DNA of 34,201 nucleotides from an uncultured Candidatus Saccharibacteria bacterium (GTDB lineage: Bacteria; Patescibacteriota; Minisyncoccia; GCA-002772825): contig CAZLLR010000001.1 of the NCBI GenBank assembly GCA_964560655.1, forward strand, positions 1 to 34,201, in the 5' to 3' direction. The position numbers and the translations under genes are program-made. Of the stretch, positions 8,858 through 17,988 are shown piece after piece (within the stretch, counting starts at the first letter, position 1; each line of letters begins with the position of its first letter). A model generated the notes under the pieces. The model was not told the origin of the DNA, ran no database searches, and saw only the letters and a list, made by a program, of their open reading frames with translations.

Positions 8858-9463
8858 ATGGATAACTATAAAGAAGAGACAAAAAAGACTTACGATAAAT
8901 ATAGCTCTGATTTTGACTTGAAGTTTAAGAAGCATTTTGATGGTTACTTGTTATCATTTGCCAATTTTTTTATTAATAACCTTTCTGGTAAAGATGTGTT
9001 GGACCTTGGTAGTGGGCCTGGCAATCATGCCGTCTATTTTAAAGAGAAAGGTTTAGATGTATTGTGTCTTGATATCTCTGAAAAAATGATTGAAAAATGC
9101 CAAGAAAAAGGACTGAAAGGAATCGTCGGTGATATAGAGAGTCTTAGCTTGGACGATAGATATGATGGTATCTGGGCATATGCAGCACTTCTTCATGTTC
9201 CTAGAAAAAATATTCCTTCTGTTGTTTCGAATATAGCTAAATTGCTTAAGCCAAAAGGATTTTTAGCGATAGCAGTTAAAGAGGGGGTTGGTGAGGGCTT
9301 TGAAACTCATGAAAAGTACCCAGAGACCAAAAGGTGGTTTACTTATTTTTCTGATGAAGAGATCCGAAGTTTCTTCTCGCGAGATTTTGATTTAATAGAA
9401 ACCTCAAAAACAAATGTAAAAGATAAATATGTCTTTCTAAACTACCTCTTTAGGTTGAAGTAA
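8858..9463 (+). CDS. Class I SAM-dependent methyltransferase
   Basis: VLDLGSGPG motif I, LDIS, YDGIWAYAALLHVP, LKPKG. ATG at 8858. Confidence 0.9.
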   Translation: MDNYKEETKKTYDKYSSDFDLKFKKHFDGYLLSFANFFINNLSGKDVLDLGSGPGNHAVYFKEKGLDVLCLDISEKMIEKCQEKGLKGIVGDIESLSLDDRYDGIWAYAALLHVPRKNIPSVVSNIAKLLKPKGFLAIAVKEGVGEGFETHEKYPETKRWFTYFSDEEIRSFFSRDFDLIETSKTNVKDKYVFLNYLFRLK

Positions 9464-9575
9464 TAATTTATTGTAAAATCTTCGTTATGTTGCAATGTTA
9501 GGTTTTTCCAGTAGGATAAAGCTATAAAGATAACTGAAATCGTCGAAAATTATATCAGCGCAAGCCGTTAAGCTA

Positions 9576-9614
9576 AAAGACCCGTTTGGATTTTTCCAAA
9601 CGGGTCTTTATTTT
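9576..9614. terminator. Terminator-like hairpin upstream of nirK
   Basis: Perfect 15-bp stem AAAGACCCGTTTGGA-tttt-TCCAAACGGGTCTTT followed by ATTTT. Confidence 0.8.
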
Positions 9615-9672
9615 ATATTTATACACAGACATCTTTTGGATATGTATAAAAGAATTGTATAATAATCTAACT

Positions 9673-10878
9673 ATGTTAGAAATATTAACACTCATCAAGT
9701 TTGTACTTATACAGGGTTTCGGTCTTTTTATAGCCATATTTTTTGCAGGGTTGTTTTTATTTTTAATTTTAAGGAAGCTTCATTCGCTTAGAGACGCTTT
9801 ACTTCTCTTCGTAATGTTTTTTGGTGTGTTCCTCTTCTTATATCTTCCTCAAGGAATTCCAAACTCTTTACATTATCCTTTCTCCCTTACTACTTTTGGG
9901 CCAGCTGAAGGGCCAATTTTACCTCTTACAAATATTATAAAGTTTTTTGGCGATGTTGATGATATGGAACATGTAGCAGACATCGCTCGTGACCCAAATG
10001 ATATTCCACCACCTATCTTAAGAACTGAGTCTGAGACAGTAAAGATTGAGCTAGAGACAAAAGAAGTCATCGCTGAGATGGCGCCTGGTATAGTCATAAA
10101 CTATTGGACTTTCAATGGTAAGATACCCGGTCCTTTCTTGCGTGTGAGGCAAGGAGACACAGTGGAGTTAACTCTTAAGAATGAATCTTCAAGTCTTCAT
10201 CATCATAATATAGATCTTCACGCAGTGACGGGGCCAGGAGGAGGTGCGACTCTGACAGACGTTGCTCCTGGAGAATCTAAGACAATGATTTTTAAAGCAT
10301 TAAATCCTGGTTTATTCGTGTATCATTGTGCTACCCCAAATGTGCCTAGTCATATGACTCATGGTATGTACGGACTTATATTAGTAGAGCCAGAGGAAGG
10401 ACTCCCTCCTGTTGATAAAGAATTTTATGTGATGCAGGGAGAGTTTTATACAAGTGGCGCTCTCGGCAAGAGGGGTTTGCAGATGTTTGATGGTAAGGCG
10501 ATGTTGGATAGCAGACCGCAATACATAGTGTTTAATGGAAAGACAAAGGCGCTTATAGACAATATGAATGCAAAGGTGGGTGATACAGTGAGACTCTTTG
10601 TCGGAAACGGTGGGGTAAACCTTGTCTCATCATTTCATGTCATAGGAGAAATCTTTGACAGGGTGTATCCTGAGGGGTCACTAACTTCTTTGCCTCACAC
10701 TAATGTACAGACTACCCTCGTCCCAGCAGGCGGTGCTGTTGTAGCTGAGATGGAGTTACAGGTTCCTGGGAAGCTTATCCTCGTCGACCATGCACTTTCG
10801 CGTCTTGATAGGGGCTTATGGGGATTCATAAATGTTGTAGGAAAAAGTAATCCAGAGATATTCAAGCAAGGAAGTTGA
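9673..10878 (+). CDS. nirK: Copper-containing nitrite reductase with N-terminal two-helix membrane anchor
   Basis: HNIDLH, YHCATPNVPSHMTHGMYG (type 1 and type 2 Cu ligands), SSFHVIG (catalytic His), LVDH. ATG at 9673. Confidence 0.93.
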   Translation: MLEILTLIKFVLIQGFGLFIAIFFAGLFLFLILRKLHSLRDALLLFVMFFGVFLFLYLPQGIPNSLHYPFSLTTFGPAEGPILPLTNIIKFFGDVDDMEHVADIARDPNDIPPPILRTESETVKIELETKEVIAEMAPGIVINYWTFNGKIPGPFLRVRQGDTVELTLKNESSSLHHHNIDLHAVTGPGGGATLTDVAPGESKTMIFKALNPGLFVYHCATPNVPSHMTHGMYGLILVEPEEGLPPVDKEFYVMQGEFYTSGALGKRGLQMFDGKAMLDSRPQYIVFNGKTKALIDNMNAKVGDTVRLFVGNGGVNLVSSFHVIGEIFDRVYPEGSLTSLPHTNVQTTLVPAGGAVVAEMELQVPGKLILVDHALSRLDRGLWGFINVVGKSNPEIFKQGS

Positions 10879-10900
10879 TTTAAATTAAAATAAAACAAAA

Positions 10901-12553
10901 ATGAATTATAAACAGAATATAAAGCAGATAAAAGAAATTATCAGTGGTGATGTTTGTATTAATGAAAATATTATCGATGAATATAGTCATGACACGAGTC
11001 TTTTTAAGGTAAGACCTGAGGTTGTAGTGCTCCCTAAAAATACAGAAGATATAAAAAAGCTAGTAAATTACACTGCAGAGAAAAAGAGAGAAGGTAAAAG
11101 TATTTCTCTTACAGCTCGTTCAGCTGGGACAGATATGTCTGGAGGCCCACTCTCAGAATCTATCGTACTTGGTTTTACTAAATATTTTAACCATATAAAA
11201 AAGGTAGGGGAGGGCTACGCTACCGTAGAGACAGGTGTCTTCTATAGGGATTTTGAGAAGGAGACTCTGAAAAGGGGGCTTTTGTTGCCTTGCTATACGG
11301 CCTCAAAAGATCTTTGTGCTATTGGCGGGATGATTTCAAATAATTCTGGAGGGGAGAAGACGTTAGCCTACGGCAAGATGGAAGATTATGTTGAAGAGTT
11401 GAAAGTAGTATTGTCAGATGGAAATGAGTATATTTTTTCCTCCCTTACGCTGCCAGAGTTAGAAGAAAAAAAGAAACTTAAGACTTTTGAAGGAGAGATT
11501 TATAGAAAAATATTTAAACTTATCGATAGTAACTATGAGTTATTAGAGGAGGCTAAGCCACGGGTTGCGAAGAACTCTGCTGGATATTATCTATGGAATG
11601 TGTATGACAAGAAAAAAGGAACTTTTGATCTTACGAAGCTTATAGTCGGTTCTCAAGGGACACTAGGGATGGTTACAGAGGCGAGGTTAAGGCTTATAAG
11701 GCCAAAAAAGTCTTCACGGCTTTTGGTCATAATGCTTAAGGAGATGAAACCCTTAACTAAGGTTATAAATAAGATTCTCAAGTACAAGCCAGAGAGCTTT
11801 GAGTCTTACGATGACCATACTTTTAAAATGGCAGTCAGATTGTTCCCGCTTATTATAAAGCGCCTTAATGGGAATATGGTTCGCTTGGCTTTTGATCTTC
11901 TGCCTGAATTTTTTATGTTTCTTACTGGTGGAGTACCTAAGATGGTATTGATAGCAGAATTCACAGGAGATACTGACGAAGAAGCTTTGTCTAAAGCAAT
12001 AAAAGCAGAGAAGAGTTTAGAGAGCCTTAACCTAAAGACTAAAGTTACAAAGACAGAAAGAGAAGCAAGAAAATTCTGGACATTTAGAAGGGAGAGCTTC
12101 AATCTTTTACGCCAGAAGATGAAGAAACTTCATACAGCTCCTTTTATAGAAGATATTTCAGTGAAGCCGGAAGTCTTACCGGAGTTCTTGCCAAGATTAA
12201 ATAAACTTTTAAGTCGTTACGATCTAGTATACACAGTTGCTGGGCATGTGGGAGATGGTAATTTTCACATTATTCCTCTTATGGATCTTTCTGACCCAAA
12301 GTCGATTGATATAATAAAGAAGCTTTCAAAGGAGGCTTATAAACTCGTAGTGGAGTATAAAGGGTCCATCACAGGCGAGCACAATGACGGCCTTATCCGT
12401 ACACCATATCTACCGATGATGTATGGCGATAAGGTGTGTAAACTCTTTGAAGAGGCGAAAGATATCTTTGACCCTCTTAGTATATTTAACCCAAGAAAGA
12501 AAGTAAGAGGAGATATAAACTACGCCATGGACCATATAGACAAAAATCATTAA
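10901..12553 (+). CDS. FAD-binding oxidoreductase, D-lactate dehydrogenase/glycolate oxidase (GlcD) family
   Basis: ARSAGTDMSG, IGGMISNNSGG, GSQGTLG, GHVGDGNFH, GSITGEHNDG, DPLSIFNP motifs. Confidence 0.9.
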   Translation: MNYKQNIKQIKEIISGDVCINENIIDEYSHDTSLFKVRPEVVVLPKNTEDIKKLVNYTAEKKREGKSISLTARSAGTDMSGGPLSESIVLGFTKYFNHIKKVGEGYATVETGVFYRDFEKETLKRGLLLPCYTASKDLCAIGGMISNNSGGEKTLAYGKMEDYVEELKVVLSDGNEYIFSSLTLPELEEKKKLKTFEGEIYRKIFKLIDSNYELLEEAKPRVAKNSAGYYLWNVYDKKKGTFDLTKLIVGSQGTLGMVTEARLRLIRPKKSSRLLVIMLKEMKPLTKVINKILKYKPESFESYDDHTFKMAVRLFPLIIKRLNGNMVRLAFDLLPEFFMFLTGGVPKMVLIAEFTGDTDEEALSKAIKAEKSLESLNLKTKVTKTEREARKFWTFRRESFNLLRQKMKKLHTAPFIEDISVKPEVLPEFLPRLNKLLSRYDLVYTVAGHVGDGNFHIIPLMDLSDPKSIDIIKKLSKEAYKLVVEYKGSITGEHNDGLIRTPYLPMMYGDKVCKLFEEAKDIFDPLSIFNPRKKVRGDINYAMDHIDKNH

Positions 12554-12555
12554 TT

Positions 12556-12586
12556 AAAAGACAGTGCTTTAGCACTGTCTTTTTTT
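12556..12586. terminator. Bidirectional terminator between convergent genes
   Basis: AAAAGACAGTGCT-tt-AGCACTGTCTTTT plus T run. Confidence 0.88.
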
Positions 12587-12588
12587 AA

Positions 12589-13299
12589 CTATTCATCTCT
12601 CATTGGAGCTCTTTTTACAATCTTTAGTATTTCTTTCTCGTCATCTATTATCTTGTAGAGAGCATAATCTTTTTTATCAATAGTCTTATATTTTTCAGCA
12701 AGATGCTCACGGATAAATTTATCAAGTGGTTTCCAGAACTCGCTTCCTACTAATATGATAGGGACTTTTGGTATTTTGTTTGTCTGCACTAAAGTTATAA
12801 TCTCGAAGAATTCATCGAGAGTACCGAAACCCCCAGGGAAATAGATATAAGTCTCTGCGGAGAATGATAAAGCAACCTTCCTACTAAAGAAATAATAGAA
12901 ACTCTGTGACTTAGTAACATAAGGGTTAAGCACTTGTTCGTAAGGAAGTTGTATGTTGAATCCAAGTGAGGGCCCACCTATATTTTCGGCGCCATGATTA
13001 GCTGCTTCCATTATCCCTGGTCCACCTCCTGTTACCACAGCGTACCCCAACTTGGATATCTCCTCAGCAAGGTGAATAGCCTTCTTATGGTATATATTAT
13101 TTTTACCAAGTCGTGTTGAACCAAAGAATGTTACTGACTTTGGATAATGGTTTATAAACTCAAAACCAGCGGCGAATTCTTTACTTATACGAGAAACTCT
13201 ATCCTTGGAAGCTTTTAGAAGCTCTTTCCTTGTATGTGGCATTCTGAGTATTTTTGCGTCTGGCAGATTTATATGTTTCGTTTCTTTTTTCTTTTTCAT
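12589..13299 (-). CDS. LOG-family (TIGR00730) nucleotide phosphoribohydrolase
   Basis: VTFFGS, TGGGPGIMEAAN and PGGFGTLDE motifs. Confidence 0.93.
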   Translation of the reverse strand: MKKKKETKHINLPDAKILRMPHTRKELLKASKDRVSRISKEFAAGFEFINHYPKSVTFFGSTRLGKNNIYHKKAIHLAEEISKLGYAVVTGGGPGIMEAANHGAENIGGPSLGFNIQLPYEQVLNPYVTKSQSFYYFFSRKVALSFSAETYIYFPGGFGTLDEFFEIITLVQTNKIPKVPIILVGSEFWKPLDKFIREHLAEKYKTIDKKDYALYKIIDDEKEILKIVKRAPMRDE

Positions 13300-13391
13300 A
13301 TGCGTAATATAATATCACATGACTTGTAAAATAGAAAACTTTATTAGTAAGGGGTATTTTTTAGTTTATTTTATGTTATATTATTACAACT

Positions 13392-14852
13392 ATGAAAATT
13401 GATGAATCTAAACATATTCCCACTGTCTTTGTAATATTTGGAGCAACTGGAGATCTTATGAATAAGAAGATAGCTCCAGCACTTTTTAATTTATATAAGA
13501 AAGATCGTTTACCTAAACTTTTTAAAGTTGTAGGTGTTTCTCGTTCTGTTCTTTCAGATGATGATTTTAGGGATCGTGTTGGTGAAATGCTTAAAAACCA
13601 CGGAGCAAAAGAAGATGAGGTTTACAAGTCGTTTCTTGAGGCCTTCTCGTTTAAGTCTGGCCAATTTGACGATAAAGAAAATTATAAAAACATAGTAAAG
13701 CACATTCTGGATATAGATGTCTCTTGGGGTGTCTGTTCAAATAAGCTCTTCTACCTTTCTGTTGCACCTGTAAATTATGAGGTGATATTGAAAAACCTTT
13801 CATTCTCAGGTTTAACTATGCCTTGTTCTGATAAAGAGGGTTGGACTAGGGTACTAGTGGAGAAGCCTTTTGGTAAAAATGCAGATACTGCAAGAGACTT
13901 AGATACTCTCTTGGGGACACTCTTTCGTGAAGAGCAGATTTACCGTATAGATCACTATCTTGCTAAAGAGATGCTCCAGAATATTTTAACTTTTCGTTTT
14001 TCGAATAATCTATTTGAAGATAGTTGGAATAAAGACTTTATAGAAAAGATTGAGATTCGTCTACTTGAGAAGATTGGCGCTGAGAAGAGAGGAGAATTTT
14101 ATGATGGTATAGGGGCTCTTCGTGATGTAGGTCAGAATCATTTACTTCAGATGCTGGCTCTGGTGACGATGGATGTCCCTTTAAGTTTTGATTCTACTGC
14201 TATAAGATCAAAACGCTTTAATATATTAGATACACTAAAGATGCCTTCTAAAGAAGATGCGAAGAATCATTCATATAGAGCTCAGTACGAAGGATATAGA
14301 GAGATAAAAGGAGTTAACCCAAAGTCAGACACAGAAACTTATTTTAAAATGTTGGCTTACCTTGGTGGTACACGCTTTAAAGATGTGCCTGTGATAATGG
14401 AGAGTGGTAAACGCATGAAAGAACAGATAAAGGAGGTCGTCGTTACTTTTAGGCACCCGACTCCTTGCTTATGCCCACCAGAAGTACACTTTAAGAATAA
14501 GATAATCTTTTCCGTTGAGCCCCAGGAGAAGATATCTATAGAATTTTGGTCTAAGAAACCTGGCTTGGATTTAGATATGGAGAAAAGGACGCTAGACTTT
14601 CTTTATAGAAAAGATGGAGAGAGAACTCAGTATGTACAAGAGTATGAGAAGTTACTTCTGGATTGTATCTTAGGAGATCAGACCTTGTTTGTAAGTACAG
14701 ATGAAGTACAGGCGATGTGGAGATTTACAGATATTATCTTAGATGCTTGGCATGATGGTATTGTTCCACTTAAGTTTTATAAGCCAGACACCCAAGAGGC
14801 GAGAGAGGGTTCAAGTTATATAGAGAAGTTTATTTCTGATGATGAAGTGTAG
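13392..14852 (+). CDS. zwf: Glucose-6-phosphate 1-dehydrogenase
   Basis: GATGDL, EKPFG, RIDHYLAKE, RDVGQNHLLQ. Confidence 0.97.
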   Translation: MKIDESKHIPTVFVIFGATGDLMNKKIAPALFNLYKKDRLPKLFKVVGVSRSVLSDDDFRDRVGEMLKNHGAKEDEVYKSFLEAFSFKSGQFDDKENYKNIVKHILDIDVSWGVCSNKLFYLSVAPVNYEVILKNLSFSGLTMPCSDKEGWTRVLVEKPFGKNADTARDLDTLLGTLFREEQIYRIDHYLAKEMLQNILTFRFSNNLFEDSWNKDFIEKIEIRLLEKIGAEKRGEFYDGIGALRDVGQNHLLQMLALVTMDVPLSFDSTAIRSKRFNILDTLKMPSKEDAKNHSYRAQYEGYREIKGVNPKSDTETYFKMLAYLGGTRFKDVPVIMESGKRMKEQIKEVVVTFRHPTPCLCPPEVHFKNKIIFSVEPQEKISIEFWSKKPGLDLDMEKRTLDFLYRKDGERTQYVQEYEKLLLDCILGDQTLFVSTDEVQAMWRFTDIILDAWHDGIVPLKFYKPDTQEAREGSSYIEKFISDDEV

Positions 14853-14913
14853 TCTTGAGAGGTAGCGTTTTTTGGAGTATAATATAAATATATTATTAAG
14901 TAGTTATCTAATC

Positions 14914-15291
14914 ATGATGAATATAAGCATAAAAGCAACAAATATAGAGCTAACTCCAGCTATCTCAGATTATGTCACTAATAAAGTCAAACCACTTGAG
15001 AAGTTTGTGGGTTCTGTAAAAAAAGATGCGGAAGTGCAAGCTTGGGTTGAAGTAGGAAAGACTACCAATCACCACGAACAGGGTGATATTTTTAGAGCAG
15101 AGATACAGATAAGGGCACCTCACGCTTCTCTTATAGCTAAGGCGGAGAGTGAAGATTTATATGCTGCCATTGATAAGGTCCGCGATGAGATGCAAAGAGA
15201 GATAAAAAAAGCACATGGTAAAAAGATTACAAAGTTCCGTGGAGGTGCAAGAAAGATTAAGGGTATACTTACTGGCTTTTATAAAAAATAA
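14914..15291 (+). CDS. raiA: Ribosome hibernation factor (RaiA/HPF, short form)
   Basis: MNISIKATNIELTPAISDYV and EDLYAAIDKV motifs. ATG at 14914 or 14917. Confidence 0.9.
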   Translation: MMNISIKATNIELTPAISDYVTNKVKPLEKFVGSVKKDAEVQAWVEVGKTTNHHEQGDIFRAEIQIRAPHASLIAKAESEDLYAAIDKVRDEMQREIKKAHGKKITKFRGGARKIKGILTGFYKK

Positions 15292-15300
15292 TTGATCTAG

Positions 15301-16632
15301 ATGTCTGATTATCTTGTCGATGGAGGTAAGCTTCTTAAGGGCTCTATAGTAGTGAATCCGTCTAAGAACGGTGCGGTAGCTGTGCTTGTAGCCTCACTTT
15401 TAAATAAGAAGAAAACTATAATAGAAAACCTCCCAAAGATTGAGGAGGTATTTAGGATAATAGAAGTTCTAAAGAGCGTTGGAGTTGAAGTTAATTGGCT
15501 GGATAAGAAGCACTCAAAGTATGGTGGGCATATTGTTGAGATTATACCTCCTAAGAAAATAAAGATAGGCAACATAGACAAGAAGGCGGCTAGCATGACG
15601 CGAAGTATCATACTTTTTGCTGGCGCTTTGGCGAACCAGTTTACTAAATTTTCTCTACCTGCTTCAGGTGGATGCAAACTTGGCAAGAGGTCAATAATGC
15701 CTCATATTTATACATTGGAAGAATTTGGTGTTAAGACTAAAGTCTCTTCTACAGGATACTTTTTCAGTAGCAATAAAGTTTCTCCTGTTTCTAGTCTAGT
15801 TCTTTATGAAGCGGGTGATACTGTCACAGAGAATGCTATTATGGCGGCAGCTTTAATTTCAGGAAAAACGGTTATTAAATTTGCCTCAGCGAATTATCAG
15901 GTGCAGGATCTTTGTTTCTTTTTAAAAAAGTTGGGTGTGAAGATAAAAGGCATAGGCACAAGTACTCTTACTGTTTACGGTAAGAAAAAGATAAATAAAG
16001 AAGTCTCTTATGCCTTGTCTGAAGACCCTATTGAGGCGATGTTGTTTCTCTCTATCGCTATTACGACAAACTCCTCTATAACGATAGAAAGGTGTCCGAT
16101 AGACTTTCTTGAGCTTGAGCTCTTGAAGCTTAAGAAAATGGGATTTAAATTTAAAATCTTGAAGAAGTATAAGGCGAGGAATGGCTATACTCGTCTTGTT
16201 GATATAAAGACCTTCTCTTCCAAACTTAAAGCTCCAGAGGAGAAGATCTCGGCGATGCCGTACCCAGGTATCAACATAGACAACTTGCCGTTTTTTGCTG
16301 TTATAGCATCAAAATCAAAAGGAGAAACTTTGGTCCATGACTGGGCATATGAGAATAGGGCTGTATATCTCTTAGAACTTAACAGACTAGGAGCGAAAGT
16401 TACTTTAGCAGATCCTCACCGTGTATTTATAGGAGGACCTTCTGTTCTTACTGCTGCAGATATAGTATGTCCACCGGCACTTCGTCCTTCGACCATTATC
16501 CTTGCTGCCATGCTTGGGGCAAAGGGCAAGTCGTTGCTTTCAAATATCTACTCTATAGAGAGAGGGCATGAAGACCTCTGTGGCAGGCTTTTAAAGATTG
16601 GCGCAAAGATTAGGAAAATAGAAGATGATTAA
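15301..16632 (+). CDS. murA: UDP-N-acetylglucosamine 1-carboxyvinyltransferase
   Basis: SKN, GGCKLGKR (active-site Cys retained), TENAIMAA, PYPG, ENR, IERG. Confidence 0.92.
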   Translation: MSDYLVDGGKLLKGSIVVNPSKNGAVAVLVASLLNKKKTIIENLPKIEEVFRIIEVLKSVGVEVNWLDKKHSKYGGHIVEIIPPKKIKIGNIDKKAASMTRSIILFAGALANQFTKFSLPASGGCKLGKRSIMPHIYTLEEFGVKTKVSSTGYFFSSNKVSPVSSLVLYEAGDTVTENAIMAAALISGKTVIKFASANYQVQDLCFFLKKLGVKIKGIGTSTLTVYGKKKINKEVSYALSEDPIEAMLFLSIAITTNSSITIERCPIDFLELELLKLKKMGFKFKILKKYKARNGYTRLVDIKTFSSKLKAPEEKISAMPYPGINIDNLPFFAVIASKSKGETLVHDWAYENRAVYLLELNRLGAKVTLADPHRVFIGGPSVLTAADIVCPPALRPSTIILAAMLGAKGKSLLSNIYSIERGHEDLCGRLLKIGAKIRKIEDD

Positions 16633-16641
16633 AGTAAACTA

Positions 16642-16671
16642 AACGGCTAACATCTTTTTATGTTAGCCGTT
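16642..16671. terminator. Hairpin after murA
   Basis: Perfect 12-bp stem AACGGCTAACAT/ATGTTAGCCGTT; weak downstream T tract. Confidence 0.65.
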
Positions 16672-16713
16672 GAAGTTTTGCAAAAGGAGGGATCCTAGCG
16701 TTATAATAAGAAT

Positions 16714-16830
16714 ATGAATCCCGTTAGAGATCAAAAACTTAATAATAATACAGAAGTAAAATTTATTAACAATGATAATAAGATAGACTTTAAGGAAAAA
16801 TTCCTAAGGAGTCTATCTCTAACGGGATGA
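16714..16830 (+). CDS. 38-aa upstream ORF spanning the MITE-like element (MNPVRDQKLNNNTEVKFINNDNKIDFKEKFLRSLSLTG)
   Basis: Open from ATG 16714 (6 nt after TATAAT 16702-16707) to TGA 16828-16830, which overlaps the pcm ATG (ATGA). Confidence 0.5.
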   Translation: MNPVRDQKLNNNTEVKFINNDNKIDFKEKFLRSLSLTG

Positions 16831-16831
16831 A
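16714..16831. mobile_element. MITE-like element inserted at the pcm start codon
   Basis: Perfect 14-bp inverted repeats ATCCCGTTAGAGAT (16718-16731) and ATCTCTAACGGGAT (16815-16828); direct repeat ATGAA at 16714-16718 and 16827-16831; AT-rich interior. Confidence 0.7.
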
Positions 16832-17477
16832 AAGACTTATTGAAGACATGATAAGCGAAGGTTTCCTAAAGACACCGAAGATAATCGACGCTTTTAGATT
16901 TATCGATAGGGCAGATTTTGTGCCTGAAGAATTAAAGTTTGAGGCTTATGTAAATGCGCCACTGCCTATTGGCTTTGGGCAGACTATTTCTCAGCCTTCT
17001 ACTGTGGCTTTCATGTTTGAACTATTAGACCCAAAACCGGGAGATAATATCTTAGACATAGGCGCTGGCTCGGGATGGCAGACAGCGCTACTTGCTTTTA
17101 TCGTAAGTCATGACAATAAGGGCGAAGAACTTCCGCCTGAGAAAAAAGGAAAGATAATTTCTATAGAGCTTATACCCGAGCTTGAAGTTATGGCAAGAAA
17201 AAATATCTCTAAATATAATTTTATAAAAAAAGGTGTAGTCGATATCCATTGTCTTAACGCGACAAAAGGCTTCCCCTCAGAAGCTCCATATCAGAAGATA
17301 ATCAGCGCCGCATCAGCAGACGAGATACCAAAAGATTGGCAAAATCAACTAAGCTCGGGTGGGTCAATTGTTGCTCCGATAGGCTTAAGTCTTTGGCAGT
17401 ATAATAAGAAAATGGACGACACTTTTCTAAGGAAGGAGTTCCCTGGGTTTGCTTTTGTGCCGTTTGTCAAAGAATAA
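16827..17477 (+). CDS. pcm: Protein-L-isoaspartate O-methyltransferase
   Basis: RADFVP, AYVNAPLPIGFGQTISQP, LDIGAGSGWQTALLA, C-terminal FAFVP. Confidence 0.95.
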   Translation: MKRLIEDMISEGFLKTPKIIDAFRFIDRADFVPEELKFEAYVNAPLPIGFGQTISQPSTVAFMFELLDPKPGDNILDIGAGSGWQTALLAFIVSHDNKGEELPPEKKGKIISIELIPELEVMARKNISKYNFIKKGVVDIHCLNATKGFPSEAPYQKIISAASADEIPKDWQNQLSSGGSIVAPIGLSLWQYNKKMDDTFLRKEFPGFAFVPFVKE

Positions 17478-17988
17478 GCGAAAAAAATATTATCAAAAGT
17501 ATTATTGCTATTTGAATAGGTATTCCCTTGGTAGGCTCACCCATAAATATGTTTTTCTTGTGGAAGAACATATGGATTTTATGAAAGAAGGCGATAGGCT
17601 GTTTTTTAAAAAATATATTTATCAACTCTATAAGATCCGGCATGATAGATGCTGGTACGATGATAACCAAAGCGAATATCTTATCATTTATACTAAGCGA
17701 ACTTAAGCTTATGAGGACAGTGGATATAACCAGGCCCAATAGACCATCTAAGGTCATATGAATAAGGTCTTTTTTCAGTTTATCTTTCTTTATGCACCCA
17801 AGTTTTTCTTCTTGGTGGCAAGTCTTTATAGAATGAAGCTTATAATCCCAATGGGGGATTAAATCCAGTAGATAATGACTACAAAAAGCTACTATGAATA
17901 CGACTAGAGCATTTAGGGGGGTTATTGGTCTTATGGCAAAAGGTAGAGCGACGGCTGTAGCTGTAATTATGTGGGAAGAAAGTATCAT
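17467..17988 (-). CDS. Membrane-bound metal-dependent hydrolase-like protein (YdjM-related)
   Basis: N-terminal His, SHYLLDLIPHWD, PDL and HKIHMFFH motifs among several TM helices. Confidence 0.65.
   Translation of the reverse strand: MILSSHIITATAVALPFAIRPITPLNALVVFIVAFCSHYLLDLIPHWDYKLHSIKTCHQEEKLGCIKKDKLKKDLIHMTLDGLLGLVISTVLISLSSLSINDKIFALVIIVPASIMPDLIELINIFFKKQPIAFFHKIHMFFHKKNIFMGEPTKGIPIQIAIILLIIFFSLIL

Noticed and set aside
9530-9571. ATAACTG... segment reminiscent of a tmRNA resume region
   Set aside because: No tRNA-like ends and no Ala-rich tag terminus.
16684-16690. SD-like AAGGAGG upstream of pcm
   Set aside because: More than 20 nt from the nearest ATG and upstream of the -10 box.
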